Source: Opitutales bacterium (GTDB lineage: Bacteria > Verrucomicrobiota > Verrucomicrobiia > Opitutales > JABSRG01). From it: 64,000 nucleotides of DNA. How positions within the stretch are numbered: the first letter of the stretch is position 1; every line of letters starts with the position of its first letter. Under the pieces are notes generated by a model that made no database searches, had not been told where the DNA came from, and saw only the letters and a program-made list of their open reading frames with translations. The stretch lies in contig JBNPEH010000014.1 in NCBI GenBank assembly GCA_051117635.1, forward strand, positions 2,786-66,785, in the 5' to 3' direction. Both the position numbers and the translations under genes were made by a program. Positions 1-8,783 of this stretch are shown piece after piece.

Positions 1-1544
1 AGTCGGATGCGGCAGTCGCCCTGCTGGCCCGGCACGGCATCTCCCGCGGGACACGCGTGCTGCTGATGGTCCGACCCGGCATGGATCTGATCCGGCTCTG
101 CTTCGCTCTGTTCAAGGCCGGGGCCGTCCCCGTGGTGATCGATCCGGGGATGGGGCTCCGGGTTTTCCGTACCTGTGTCGCCCGGACGCGTCCTGAGGCC
201 CTGATCGGGCTCCCGCTGGCTCACGCGCTGGCCGCCGTCTTCCGGATCGACTTCGCCTCGGTGCGGCACAAGGTCATGGTGCGGCCCGGACGCTTCGTCC
301 AAGCCCTGGCCCCTTTTCTTCAGGAGAGGGCTGAACCGGTTTGCGCGGCGACGGTGGAGGACGAGACGGCCGCGATTCTTTTTACCTCCGGATCGACGGG
401 AGCCCCGAAGGGCGTGGTCTACACACACGGCATGTTTTCCGCGCAGGTGGCGGCCATCCGCGACGCCTACGGCATCGAACCGGGCGAGGTGGACCTGCCG
501 ATGCTGCCTGTGTTCGCCCTTTTCAATCCCGCGCTGGGCATGACCACCATCGTGCCTGAGATGAATCCCAGCCGGCCCGCCACCGTGAATCCGGCCCGCC
601 TTGTCCAGGCCATCCAACAGAACGGGGTCACCAACAGTTTCGGCAGTCCGGTGCTTTGGGCCCGCATCGCTGCCTACTGCCGGGAGCAGGGCATCCGCTT
701 GCCGTCGCTCCGGCGGGTCCTGATGGCGGGTGCGCCGGTGCCGCCCCGGGTCCTGCGCAGGATGACCGCCCTGCTGCCGAACGGGGAAGTACACACGCCC
801 TACGGCGCGACTGAGGCCCTGCCTGTCAGCACGCTGACGGGGCGCCAGATCCTCACGGAGACCTGGGAGTGGACGGAACGGGGCGCCGGGACCTGTGTGG
901 GTCGCCCGGTGCCGGGTATTGACCTGGCCGTGATCCCGGTGGCTGACGGACCGCTGAAAGGCGGCGCGGGCGTGGAGCACCTGCCGACAGGCGCGGTCGG
1001 CGAGTTGATCGTGCGCGGCCCGGCGGTCACCCGCAGCTACGACCAGTTGCCCGCCGCAACCGCGCGCGCGAAAATCCCGGACGGGCAGGGCGGCGTCTGG
1101 CACCGGATGGGCGATCTCGGTTATCGCGACACCGGGGGGCGAGTCTGGTTCTGTGGCCGTCTGGCCGAACAGGTTTGCCTGGCTGACGGCACCCGTTTGT
1201 ACACCGACTGTTGCGAGGCGCCCTTCAACCGGCATCCGGCGGTGTTCCGAACCGCGCTGCTGGGCATCGGTCCACCCGACGATCCGGTACCCGTGCTGGC
1301 CGTCGAACCCGAACCCGGCCAGCTGCCGCGGGGCCGGGCCGGGCGGGAGGCTCTGGCCCGGGATATCCTCAAGCAGGTCGACGGGTTGCCGCAGGCCTCG
1401 ACAATCCGAAGCGTGGTGTTCGAAAAACGATTTCCCGTAGACGTCCGCCACAACGCCAAGATCCACCGGCTGGCCCTGGCCCGGAAATGGCAGCACTTCG
1501 CGCCTGCTGCTCGCCAGGGCAAGCTGACGCCCGACACCCGATGA
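1..1544 (+). CDS. AMP-dependent synthetase/ligase (fatty-acyl-AMP ligase family; OleC-like candidate), 5' end cut by window edge
   Basis: The frame is open from nt 3 (SDAAVALLARHGISRGTRVLLMVRPG), so the listed ORF 57..1544 is only the in-window part. AMP-binding signature TSGSTGAPKGVVYTH, later GELIVRGP and WHRMGDLGYRD..GRVWFCGR. The stop overlaps the next start (ATGA at 1541). Confidence 0.85.
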   Translation, partial: SDAAVALLARHGISRGTRVLLMVRPGMDLIRLCFALFKAGAVPVVIDPGMGLRVFRTCVARTRPEALIGLPLAHALAAVFRIDFASVRHKVMVRPGRFVQALAPFLQERAEPVCAATVEDETAAILFTSGSTGAPKGVVYTHGMFSAQVAAIRDAYGIEPGEVDLPMLPVFALFNPALGMTTIVPEMNPSRPATVNPARLVQAIQQNGVTNSFGSPVLWARIAAYCREQGIRLPSLRRVLMAGAPVPPRVLRRMTALLPNGEVHTPYGATEALPVSTLTGRQILTETWEWTERGAGTCVGRPVPGIDLAVIPVADGPLKGGAGVEHLPTGAVGELIVRGPAVTRSYDQLPAATARAKIPDGQGGVWHRMGDLGYRDTGGRVWFCGRLAEQVCLADGTRLYTDCCEAPFNRHPAVFRTALLGIGPPDDPVPVLAVEPEPGQLPRGRAGREALARDILKQVDGLPQASTIRSVVFEKRFPVDVRHNAKIHRLALARKWQHFAPAARQGKLTPDTR

Positions 1545-2557
1545 CCCACCCAGCCGCAGGGCAGCCCCGTTTCCTTATCACCGGAGGTGGCGGATTCATC
1601 GGTCGGGCGTTAATCCGTCGTATCCGCGCCACCTGTCCCGGGGCCGCCATCGGCATCTTCGGCCGCAGTCCGCAGCCGGACCTGGAAGCCTCGGGCGTCA
1701 CCGTCCACCGGGGGGATCTGGCCGATCCCGCCGCCGTGTCCCGGGCGGTCGCCGGGGCGGACGGCGTCTTTCATGTCGCGGCCCGCGCCGGTGTGTGGGG
1801 CCCGCGTGCGGCCTATTTTTCCGCTAACCTCGACGGTACCCGGCACGTCCTGGCGGCCTGTCGGCAGCACGGGGTCTCCCGTCTGGTGGTGACGAGTACC
1901 CCCAGCGTCGTCTTTACCGGCGAGGCCTTCCGCGGCGCAGACGAATCGCTGCCTTACGGTCGCAACTGGCTGGGACCGTATGCCGAATCCAAGGCGGCGG
2001 CGGAGGCCGAAGCGCTCGCGGCCGACCAGCCGGGCGGGCTGCGGGTCACCGCGCTGCGACCGCATCTGGTCTACGGGCCCGGCGATCCGCATATCCTGCC
2101 GCGGATCGTGGCGCGGGCCCGGGCCGGTCGGTTGCGCCGGGTGGGCGAAGGCGCCAACCGGGTGGATATTTCCTACGTGGACAACGTGGCGGAGGCCCAC
2201 TGGTGCGCGTGGCAGGCGCTGGCAGGCGGTCGGGGCGGGGGACGGCCGTTTTTTGTTTCCGACGGCGAACCGGTGGTGCTCTGGACCTGGATCAACCGGT
2301 TATTCGAAGCGGTGGGGGTGAACCCGGTGGATAAGGCGGTCAGCTTGCGAGCGGCCTACCGGATCGGTGCGGTGCTGGAAGGTGTCTGGCGCCTGGGGCT
2401 GCCGGGTGAGCCGCCCATGACGCGCTTTGTGGCGGTGGAACTGGCCAGGGATCACTGGTTCGACGGCACGGCCGCGCGGGACGTGCTGGGTTACCGCCCG
2501 CCCGTCGCCCCGGCGACCGCGCTGGCCCGGAGTGCGGCCTGGTTGCGCGGGGAATGA
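1541..2557 (+). CDS. NAD(P)-dependent epimerase/dehydratase, 3-beta-HSD family (OleD-like reductase candidate)
   Basis: Rossmann motif ITGGGGFIGRAL sits just after the ATG at 1541. The YxxxK-type segment PYAESKAAAE and the SDR-extended layout are present. The 1211 start of the listed ORF would overlap the upstream gene by 330 nt, so ATG 1541 was chosen (4-nt ATGA coupling). Confidence 0.8.
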   Translation: MTHPAAGQPRFLITGGGGFIGRALIRRIRATCPGAAIGIFGRSPQPDLEASGVTVHRGDLADPAAVSRAVAGADGVFHVAARAGVWGPRAAYFSANLDGTRHVLAACRQHGVSRLVVTSTPSVVFTGEAFRGADESLPYGRNWLGPYAESKAAAEAEALAADQPGGLRVTALRPHLVYGPGDPHILPRIVARARAGRLRRVGEGANRVDISYVDNVAEAHWCAWQALAGGRGGGRPFFVSDGEPVVLWTWINRLFEAVGVNPVDKAVSLRAAYRIGAVLEGVWRLGLPGEPPMTRFVAVELARDHWFDGTAARDVLGYRPPVAPATALARSAAWLRGE

Positions 2558-2606
2558 AAGGCCTCCGGCGGTTTGTCATCGCGGGCCGATTCATGCTCCT
2601 TCCGGT

Positions 2607-3074
2607 ATGCTCAACATGGCCGAGCCCCCGGACGGGGTCTTTATCTACCGCACCCGGACGCACTTCGACCAGCTGGATGCCCTCGATATCCTGCACCACA
2701 GTCGGTACTTCCTTTTCGCGGAACGGGCGCAGCAGGCATTCTTCGACCACGTGATGGAGGCGGAGACCTTCAACACGGAACGGTACACCGACCTTTACGC
2801 GGTCGTCCGGTCCGTGGACCTGGAGTACCTTCGCCCGATCGACGGGGTGTTCCCGTTTCATGTCGCGCTGGTGGTGGACCGGCTCCGGGAGGCGGCGCTC
2901 ACCACACGCGTCGGCTTTTTCGATGCAAGCGGCGAAACCCTCTACGCCCGCGGGCGACGCACCACCTGTCACCTGAGTCCCACCACCCATCAGCCGGCCG
3001 GCTGGAGCCCGCTCTTCCGCGAGCGCTTCGGCCACTGGGCGGAACGGGCACGGAGGGCCGATGTGTCGTTCTGA
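2607..3074 (+). CDS. Acyl-CoA thioesterase, hotdog fold (4HBT/YbgC-like)
   Basis: MLNMAEPPDGVFIYRTRTHFDQLDALDILHHSRYFLFAERAQQAFF resembles the N-terminal catalytic region of 4HBT-type thioesterases. Its size of about 155 aa fits the family. Same strand as the two upstream genes. Confidence 0.65.
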   Translation: MLNMAEPPDGVFIYRTRTHFDQLDALDILHHSRYFLFAERAQQAFFDHVMEAETFNTERYTDLYAVVRSVDLEYLRPIDGVFPFHVALVVDRLREAALTTRVGFFDASGETLYARGRRTTCHLSPTTHQPAGWSPLFRERFGHWAERARRADVSF

Positions 3075-3115
3075 ATCTCGGTTCGCTCGTTGGCGTGCCG
3101 TCCGGCGGGACAGGC

Positions 3116-3934
3116 TCAAACGGTGCGTTGGCGCAGGGCCTCGTACAGAACCAGGGCCGCACTGGTCGCGACATTCAGGGAGTCCGCCCGGCCCCGCATG
3201 GGGATAGTGATTCCGGCTAAACCGCTGCCCCGCCAGAAGGGATCGAGGCCCTCGGCCTCGCTGCCCACCACCAGCGCCGTACGCCCGGTCAGGTCGACCG
3301 CCCAGTAAGGCTGGTCTGCTTCCGGGGTGAGGATCATCATGCGGCAACCGACCGCCTCCAGCGCTGAGCGCGCCCCGGCCCGGTCCATGGATGCCACCGG
3401 AACGCGAAAGACCAGTCCCTGGCTGGAGCGGATGACCTGCGGGTTGATCAGGTCGGTCCCGGGGCCGGTGGCGAGGACGGCGGCCACCCCCGCCCCGTCG
3501 GCCGTCCGGAGCATGGCACCCAGGTTGCCTGGTTTTTCGACGCCGTCGACGACCAGCACGGTGGCCGCCCCGGACAGCTTCCGGAGGAGCCGCCGGCCGT
3601 CAGGCGGTTCCCATCGGGCCAGGCCGATGAGGCCGTCCGGGCCCTGACGACCGGTCAGCCGCTCGAAGACAGGCGCCGGACAGCGGACGGCCCGTTCCGG
3701 ATACTCCGCCGCGGCACACCACGCGTCCCAGAACGCGTGGTGGCCGTCGGAAGGGAAATGGGCCGGGCAGGCGAACACGGTCTCGATTTCCGGGGCGCCC
3801 GCCCGGGCGTGCGCCAACTCGCGCAGGCCCTCGATGAGAAACCGGCCCTCCCGATCACGCCGGCGCCGCCGGGCCAGGCGGGCCGCCGCCTGGATGCGGG
3901 GGTTCTGGCGGGACTGGATTTCCTGAAAGGGCAT
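3116..3934 (-). CDS. TrmH/SpoU family RNA 2'-O-methyltransferase
   Basis: The lower part of the 714-aa ORF, starting at MPFQEIQSRQNPRIQ (ATG at 3934). SpoU motifs VVDGVEKPGNLGAMLRTADGAGV, LVVGSEAEGL and IPMRGRADSLNVATSAALVLYE are present. Confidence 0.85.
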   Translation of the reverse strand: MPFQEIQSRQNPRIQAAARLARRRRRDREGRFLIEGLRELAHARAGAPEIETVFACPAHFPSDGHHAFWDAWCAAAEYPERAVRCPAPVFERLTGRQGPDGLIGLARWEPPDGRRLLRKLSGAATVLVVDGVEKPGNLGAMLRTADGAGVAAVLATGPGTDLINPQVIRSSQGLVFRVPVASMDRAGARSALEAVGCRMMILTPEADQPYWAVDLTGRTALVVGSEAEGLDPFWRGSGLAGITIPMRGRADSLNVATSAALVLYEALRQRTV

Positions 3935-3997
3935 GATTGAGCCGGGATAGAGCAACCCGCTTGCGCCCGCACCGTCAATCCTGCCAGTTTCCGGCCC

Positions 3998-5299
3998 ATG
4001 CCGCGCCCGCCCGCCCGTTTTCGATCCTGGCCCTTCGCCTACCACCAGGAACTGGAGCTGACCATTGCGGACCTGACCAACCTCGGCCTGGGTCTGGCTC
4101 GGGTTCCCGCCGCAGACCTGCCCGACCTTCCGTTGGGTGAGGAACCCGCCGAAGTAGCGGGAAGTGGCTGGGTGGTCATGGTGCCCTTTGCCCTCCCGGG
4201 TGAACGGGTGCGGGTGCGTGTTTTCCGGAACCAGGCCCGGTACTCGGAGGCGGATCTGCTGGCGGTGCTGGAACCGTCGCCGCAGCGGGTCGAACCGGGC
4301 TGTCCGCTCTACGGTACCTGCGGGGGCTGTCAGTATCAGCATTTCCACTACGATGGCCAGCTTGTCTGGAAGCAGCGCCAGGTGGCGGACCTGTTCGGAC
4401 GTCTGGCCGGGGTGCCGGTGGAGGTGGAGGCACCCTGTCCGTCGCCGGCTGTCTATGGCTATCGGTCGAAACTGACCCCGCATTGGCAGCGCGCGGGGGA
4501 CAGCCGCGATCCCGGGCCGATCGGTTTTTTGAAACAGGGGCAGCGCCGCGTCATCGTGGACGTGCCGCATTGCCCCATCGCCACCAATACTGTCAATGCC
4601 GCGCTGCCGGAGGCCCGCGACGCCCTCCGGAAAAAACTGGCCGGTCCCTGGAAGAAAAAACGGCCGCGCGGGGGCACGCTGTTGCTGCGTGACACGGATA
4701 CCGGGGTGGAGACCGATCCGGACGCCCTGGCGCTGGTATCGGTCGACGGCCTGCGCTTTCAGTTCAAGGCGGGAGAATTTTTCCAGAACAACCCGCACAT
4801 CCTGCCGGCCTTTGTCCGGCATGTGGTGGGGGAGGCGGCTGCTCCCGGCATCCGGTTTCTGGTCGACGCCTACTGCGGGGTGGGGCTCTTCGCGCTCTCC
4901 GGGGCGCGCCGGTTCGAACGGGTGGCCGGGGTCGAGGTGTCGGCCGCTGCGATCGAACTGGCCCGGGCCAATGCCACCATGAACGGTCTGGAAAAACAGG
5001 CCCGCTTCCTCGCCGGAGACGCGACTCGCATCTTCGAGGACATCTGCTTCGATCCGGGGGCGTCCGCGGTTGTCCTGGATCCGCCCCGGAAAGGGTGCGA
5101 TCGGGCGTTTCTCGACCAACTGGTGGCTTTCGGCCCGGCGCGGGTGGTCTACGTCAGCTGCGACCCCGCCACCCAGGCGCGGGATGTGCGGGTGTTGACG
5201 GCGGCCGGTTATCGACCGGCGCGTGTCCGGCCCTTCGACCTGTTTCCGCAAACCCGGCACATCGAGTGCGTGGCGACGCTCGTACGAAAGGACGGCTGA
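3998..5299 (+). CDS. TRAM-domain 23S rRNA (uracil-5)-methyltransferase, RlmD/RumA family
   Basis: N-terminal TRAM-like region, Fe-S cysteine cluster CPLYGTCGGCQYQH plus HCP, and a C-terminal SAM-MTase region (LVDAYCGVGLFAL, VVLDPPRKG, YVSCDPATQARD). Confidence 0.85.
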   Translation: MPRPPARFRSWPFAYHQELELTIADLTNLGLGLARVPAADLPDLPLGEEPAEVAGSGWVVMVPFALPGERVRVRVFRNQARYSEADLLAVLEPSPQRVEPGCPLYGTCGGCQYQHFHYDGQLVWKQRQVADLFGRLAGVPVEVEAPCPSPAVYGYRSKLTPHWQRAGDSRDPGPIGFLKQGQRRVIVDVPHCPIATNTVNAALPEARDALRKKLAGPWKKKRPRGGTLLLRDTDTGVETDPDALALVSVDGLRFQFKAGEFFQNNPHILPAFVRHVVGEAAAPGIRFLVDAYCGVGLFALSGARRFERVAGVEVSAAAIELARANATMNGLEKQARFLAGDATRIFEDICFDPGASAVVLDPPRKGCDRAFLDQLVAFGPARVVYVSCDPATQARDVRVLTAAGYRPARVRPFDLFPQTRHIECVATLVRKDG

Positions 5300-5300
5300 C

Positions 5301-6218
5301 TCAGGTTCCGCGGGTGACCGCGTGGTGCCAGCCCAGGAGATCGGCCGGCAGGCGGAGGCCCGCCAGCTGGCGATCCAGCGTCTCGGGCCGGTTGCGGAGT
5401 TTTCCCACCAGGGGCCGCAGGTCCAGGGTCAGGTCGGCCGGGCGCTCCGGGCCGGGGCGTTTGCCGGCTTCGACCCAGTCGCCGGGCAGGCCGAACGTTT
5501 CCAGGATGCGGCGGCCGAGGGTATACCGGTCCACCCGGTCCTTGCCCGCCCAGTGAAACAAGCCGCCCAGGTCCCGGCGTTCAGCCAGTTCGATGACGGT
5601 GTCGGCGACACCGTCCGCGCTGGCCGGTTGGCGCCATTCGTCCGTAAAAAGCACCGGCCGGTCCCCGTCCCGGATGCGCCGTAACAGGCTTTCGTGGACA
5701 CTTCGACGGCCCGACGGGCTGTTGCCCAGGATCAGGGGCAGGCGGAGGACCACCGGACCTTCGGGATGGTGTTCCAGCACCTCGCGCTCGGCCTTCAGCT
5801 TCTGGCGCCCGTAGGCGTTGACCGGCTCCGGCAGATCGGTCGGGTGGTAGGGCGGGTGGTCCCCCGCAAATACCTGGTCGCTGGACAGGTGGATGAACCG
5901 GGCTCCGAGGTGGAAACTGACCTGAGCCAGCTGACGGGGAAGCGCGACATTCAGCGCCTCCGCCCGCGCCGGATCGGTTTCGGCGGTACCCGGATGCGCG
6001 ACGGCTGCCGCGTTGATGATGGCGTCGGGCCAGGCATCCAGGGCGGGCCGTACCACGCGGCCGGGGTCCGAGAGGTCGATGGCCAGCGGCTCCCAGCCCG
6101 CCTCGGGGGTCGACGGACTGCGATGGTGCAGGGCCAGCACCGCATGGCCACGGCGGCGGGCACGCCGGCCGATCGCATGGCCGAGCAGCCCGGTGGCTCC
6201 GGTCAGGAGGATTTTCAT
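5301..6218 (-). CDS. RmlD-like NAD(P)-dependent sugar-nucleotide reductase (dTDP-4-dehydrorhamnose reductase family)
   Basis: MKILLTGATGLLGHAI Rossmann start (ATG at 6218, 13 codons inside the listed ORF), YGRQKLKAE catalytic YxxxK, and RmlD-type length. Confidence 0.75.
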   Translation of the reverse strand: MKILLTGATGLLGHAIGRRARRRGHAVLALHHRSPSTPEAGWEPLAIDLSDPGRVVRPALDAWPDAIINAAAVAHPGTAETDPARAEALNVALPRQLAQVSFHLGARFIHLSSDQVFAGDHPPYHPTDLPEPVNAYGRQKLKAEREVLEHHPEGPVVLRLPLILGNSPSGRRSVHESLLRRIRDGDRPVLFTDEWRQPASADGVADTVIELAERRDLGGLFHWAGKDRVDRYTLGRRILETFGLPGDWVEAGKRPGPERPADLTLDLRPLVGKLRNRPETLDRQLAGLRLPADLLGWHHAVTRGT

Positions 6219-6334
6219 CGGCACCGGGAGTCGGGCAGAGGGTGGGGCAAAAGGCAACCGATGAGCCGGAGTTTTGTTGCCATGGCGGGTGTTCGGCCGA
6301 CACCTTGACCTGCTCCCGGGGCGATTACCCGACC

Positions 6335-7441
6335 ATGAATTTCGAGGCGTTTGTCCATCCCCAGATCCGTGACCAGCCGGTTTACGAACCCGGTCGGCCG
6401 ATCGACTCCGTTGCCCGGGACCATGGGCTGTCTCCGGCCTCGATAGCCAAACTGGCTTCCAACGAAAATCCGCTTGGCTGCTCTCCCCGGGTGCGTGAGG
6501 CCATCCGGGACGTGCTGGAAGAGCTGCACCGTTATCCGGACGGCGGCGCCACTTTCCTGCGGGAGGCTCTCGCCGACCGGCACGGATTGAGCCCGGACCA
6601 GTTTCTGCCGGGCAACGGGTCCAACGAAGTGCTGGAGCTGGTGGCGCGCGCCTGCCTCGGCCCGGGGACCGAAGCGGTCATGGGCGCGCAGGCCTTCATC
6701 GTCTACAAGCTGGTGACGCGTCTGGTGGGGGCCAAACCGGTGGAGATCCCGATGCCCGGCTACACCCACGATCTGGATGCGATGGCCGCTGCGGTGAACG
6801 AACGGACCCGCGTGGTGTTTCTGCCCAGTCCCAACAACCCCACCGGTACGGCCAACGACCCGGATGCCATCCTGGCCTTTGCCCGGTCGCTGCCGGACCA
6901 TGTTCTGTTCGTCTTCGATGAGGCTTATGCCGAATACCTCGACGAGCCCCCCGACCTGCGTCCGCTCATTGCGGAAGGACGTCCCGTCCTGTGTACGCGC
7001 ACCTTTTCCAAAATCCACGGCCTCGCCGCGCTCCGGATCGGCTACGGTTATGCCGATGCCGGGCTGATCGGGCTGCTCAACCGGGTGCGTGAACCCTTCA
7101 ACCTCGGATCGCTGGGACAAGCTGCCGCCCGGGCCGCCATCCGGGATGCTGACTGGATAGCCCGCTGCCGGGAAGCCAACCGCGCGGGCCTGGCCGCCTT
7201 GTCCCGCGGTCTGAGCGAACTGGGCCTGGAGGTCGTGCCCAGTATGGCCAACTTCGTGCTCGTCCGTGTTCCCGATCCGCCGGGGCTTTTCCGGGATCTC
7301 CAGACGCGCGGCCTCATCGTGCGCCCGGTGGCCGGTTACGGCCTGCCCGAGCACCTGCGCATCAGCGTGGGAACGCCCGCACAAAACAAACGCCTGCTCA
7401 CGACTTTGGGTGACCTGCTCGCCCGGACCCCGACCCGATGA
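6335..7441 (+). CDS. hisC: Histidinol-phosphate aminotransferase
   Basis: LASNENPLG motif, PSPNNPTG, the RTFSKIHGLAALRIGY PLP-lysine region, and RISVGT near the C-terminus. Start taken at MNFEAF (ATG 6335). Confidence 0.9.
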   Translation: MNFEAFVHPQIRDQPVYEPGRPIDSVARDHGLSPASIAKLASNENPLGCSPRVREAIRDVLEELHRYPDGGATFLREALADRHGLSPDQFLPGNGSNEVLELVARACLGPGTEAVMGAQAFIVYKLVTRLVGAKPVEIPMPGYTHDLDAMAAAVNERTRVVFLPSPNNPTGTANDPDAILAFARSLPDHVLFVFDEAYAEYLDEPPDLRPLIAEGRPVLCTRTFSKIHGLAALRIGYGYADAGLIGLLNRVREPFNLGSLGQAAARAAIRDADWIARCREANRAGLAALSRGLSELGLEVVPSMANFVLVRVPDPPGLFRDLQTRGLIVRPVAGYGLPEHLRISVGTPAQNKRLLTTLGDLLARTPTR

Positions 7442-8742
7442 CCTGGTTTACCGATGCGCTGCCCTTTTTTGGGCTGATGCTGATCCTGCTGGCGCTCAAC
7501 GCCATCCTCGTGGCCTGCGAGATCAGCCTGGTAAAGCTCCGTTACAGCCATATGGAGGAGGCCACGCTCGAACGGCTGCGCCGTCGGCAGGTGCTTCGCC
7601 GCATGCTGGACAACGCAGACCAGACAGCGCGCCTGATCCGGTTCGGCAAGACGGGCAGCACGATCGCCATCGGCATGCTGCTGATGGCCATCATCGGCGG
7701 AGCGGTCACCCGGTTGGGGGGATCGCTGGCCGCGTGGCTGCTCGGCATGCTGGTGTTTCTGGTCGCGGTGCTCGCCCATTACCTGATCGGGGAGATCATC
7801 CCGCGCGGGTTCGCGCTGCACAACCCCATCCGTTCGCTTCGCTTCACCGGTCCGCCGGTGGCCTTGCTGGGGCTGGTGGCCTGGCCGATTATGGCGCTGA
7901 TCCGCTTCATGCGTTCCCTGGTGGAGCGGGTTTCCGGCTTCAACCTGAAGGATGACCTCAATCCGCTCGACGTGGAGGTGCAGATCCGCGCTCTGGGCGA
8001 CGATACGCCGGCCCTCCCCGCCCAGGTGAGGAAAATCATCAACCGGGCCCTGCAGATGCGGGAATTGACTGTCCACGACATTCTTTTGCCGAGGAATCAG
8101 GTCCAGTATTTCGATTACGCCGATCCGCTTCCAGAGAACCTCGAACTGGCCCGGACGACCGGCCACACCCGGTTCCCGCTGTGCGACGGGGATCTGGACC
8201 ACTGTTTCGGGATCGTCCACATCAAGGACATCTTCCGCTGCAGCGGATCGCCCGATCAGCTCGATCTCAAGAAGATCAAACGGGACATCACCCGGATGGG
8301 TGTGGATGAGCCGGTGGTGGATGCCCTGCAGAAGATGCTGCGGCTGCGGACGCACATGGCTCTGGTCATGGATGATTTCGGCGGCGTGCTGGGGGTGGTT
8401 ACCCTGGAGGCGATCCTGGAGGAGTTGGTCGGTGAAATTCAGGACGAGTTCGACCATGAGGAGTCCCAGATCATCAAAATCGGACCCGAAACTTTCCGCA
8501 TTTCCGGACTGACGCCCCTGCACGACGTGGAGGAGCGCCTTGAGATCGATCTTGATGCCGGAGACGTGTCCACTTTCGGCGGGCTGATTACCGGTACCCT
8601 GGGCCGGCTGCCCGAGGAGGGCGAACTGCTCCAGATCGGGACGCTCGCCATCACGGTCCGCCAGGTGGACGAAATGCGCGTCCAGCATGCGGACGTACGC
8701 CTGATCCCGGTCATGGAGGCCGGCGGGGACGACGCTTCCTGA
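7438..8742 (+). CDS. CNNM/HlyC/CorC family transporter (DUF21 membrane domain + CBS pair + CorC_HlyC C-terminal domain)
   Basis: Four N-terminal hydrophobic helices, a CBS-pair region (VHDILLPRNQV...GIVHIKD) and the typical LGVVTLEAILEELVGEIQDEFD motif. ATGA overlap with the hisC stop. Confidence 0.85.
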   Translation: MTWFTDALPFFGLMLILLALNAILVACEISLVKLRYSHMEEATLERLRRRQVLRRMLDNADQTARLIRFGKTGSTIAIGMLLMAIIGGAVTRLGGSLAAWLLGMLVFLVAVLAHYLIGEIIPRGFALHNPIRSLRFTGPPVALLGLVAWPIMALIRFMRSLVERVSGFNLKDDLNPLDVEVQIRALGDDTPALPAQVRKIINRALQMRELTVHDILLPRNQVQYFDYADPLPENLELARTTGHTRFPLCDGDLDHCFGIVHIKDIFRCSGSPDQLDLKKIKRDITRMGVDEPVVDALQKMLRLRTHMALVMDDFGGVLGVVTLEAILEELVGEIQDEFDHEESQIIKIGPETFRISGLTPLHDVEERLEIDLDAGDVSTFGGLITGTLGRLPEEGELLQIGTLAITVRQVDEMRVQHADVRLIPVMEAGGDDAS

Positions 8743-8783
8743 TCCGACCCGGCAACCGGACCGCCCGACAGCGACGTCTTCGC

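Noticed and set aside
1211-1540. N-terminal extension of the OleD-like ORF (448-aa version starting at 1211).
   Set aside because: The extension would overlap the ligase gene by 330 nt and is R/P/G-rich. The Rossmann motif follows the ATG at 1541, which forms an ATGA overlap with the upstream stop.
3935-5260. Upper two thirds of the 714-aa minus-strand ORF 3116..5260.
   Set aside because: Only the last 273 codons (from MPFQEIQ) look like a real protein (TrmH). The rest is R/P/G-rich antisense of the well-supported RlmD-like gene on the plus strand, a typical GC-rich shadow ORF.
7336-8688. 450-aa minus-strand ORF opposite the CorC/CNNM gene. Similar long antisense ORFs occur at 10574..11707, 12492..13496, 21193..22443, 43731..45260, 47370..48572, 50773..51897 and 59380..60975.
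   Set aside because: All lie antisense to genes with clear family motifs. They have low-complexity D/G/R/H/Q-rich composition and no recognisable domains, as expected for shadow frames in high-GC DNA.
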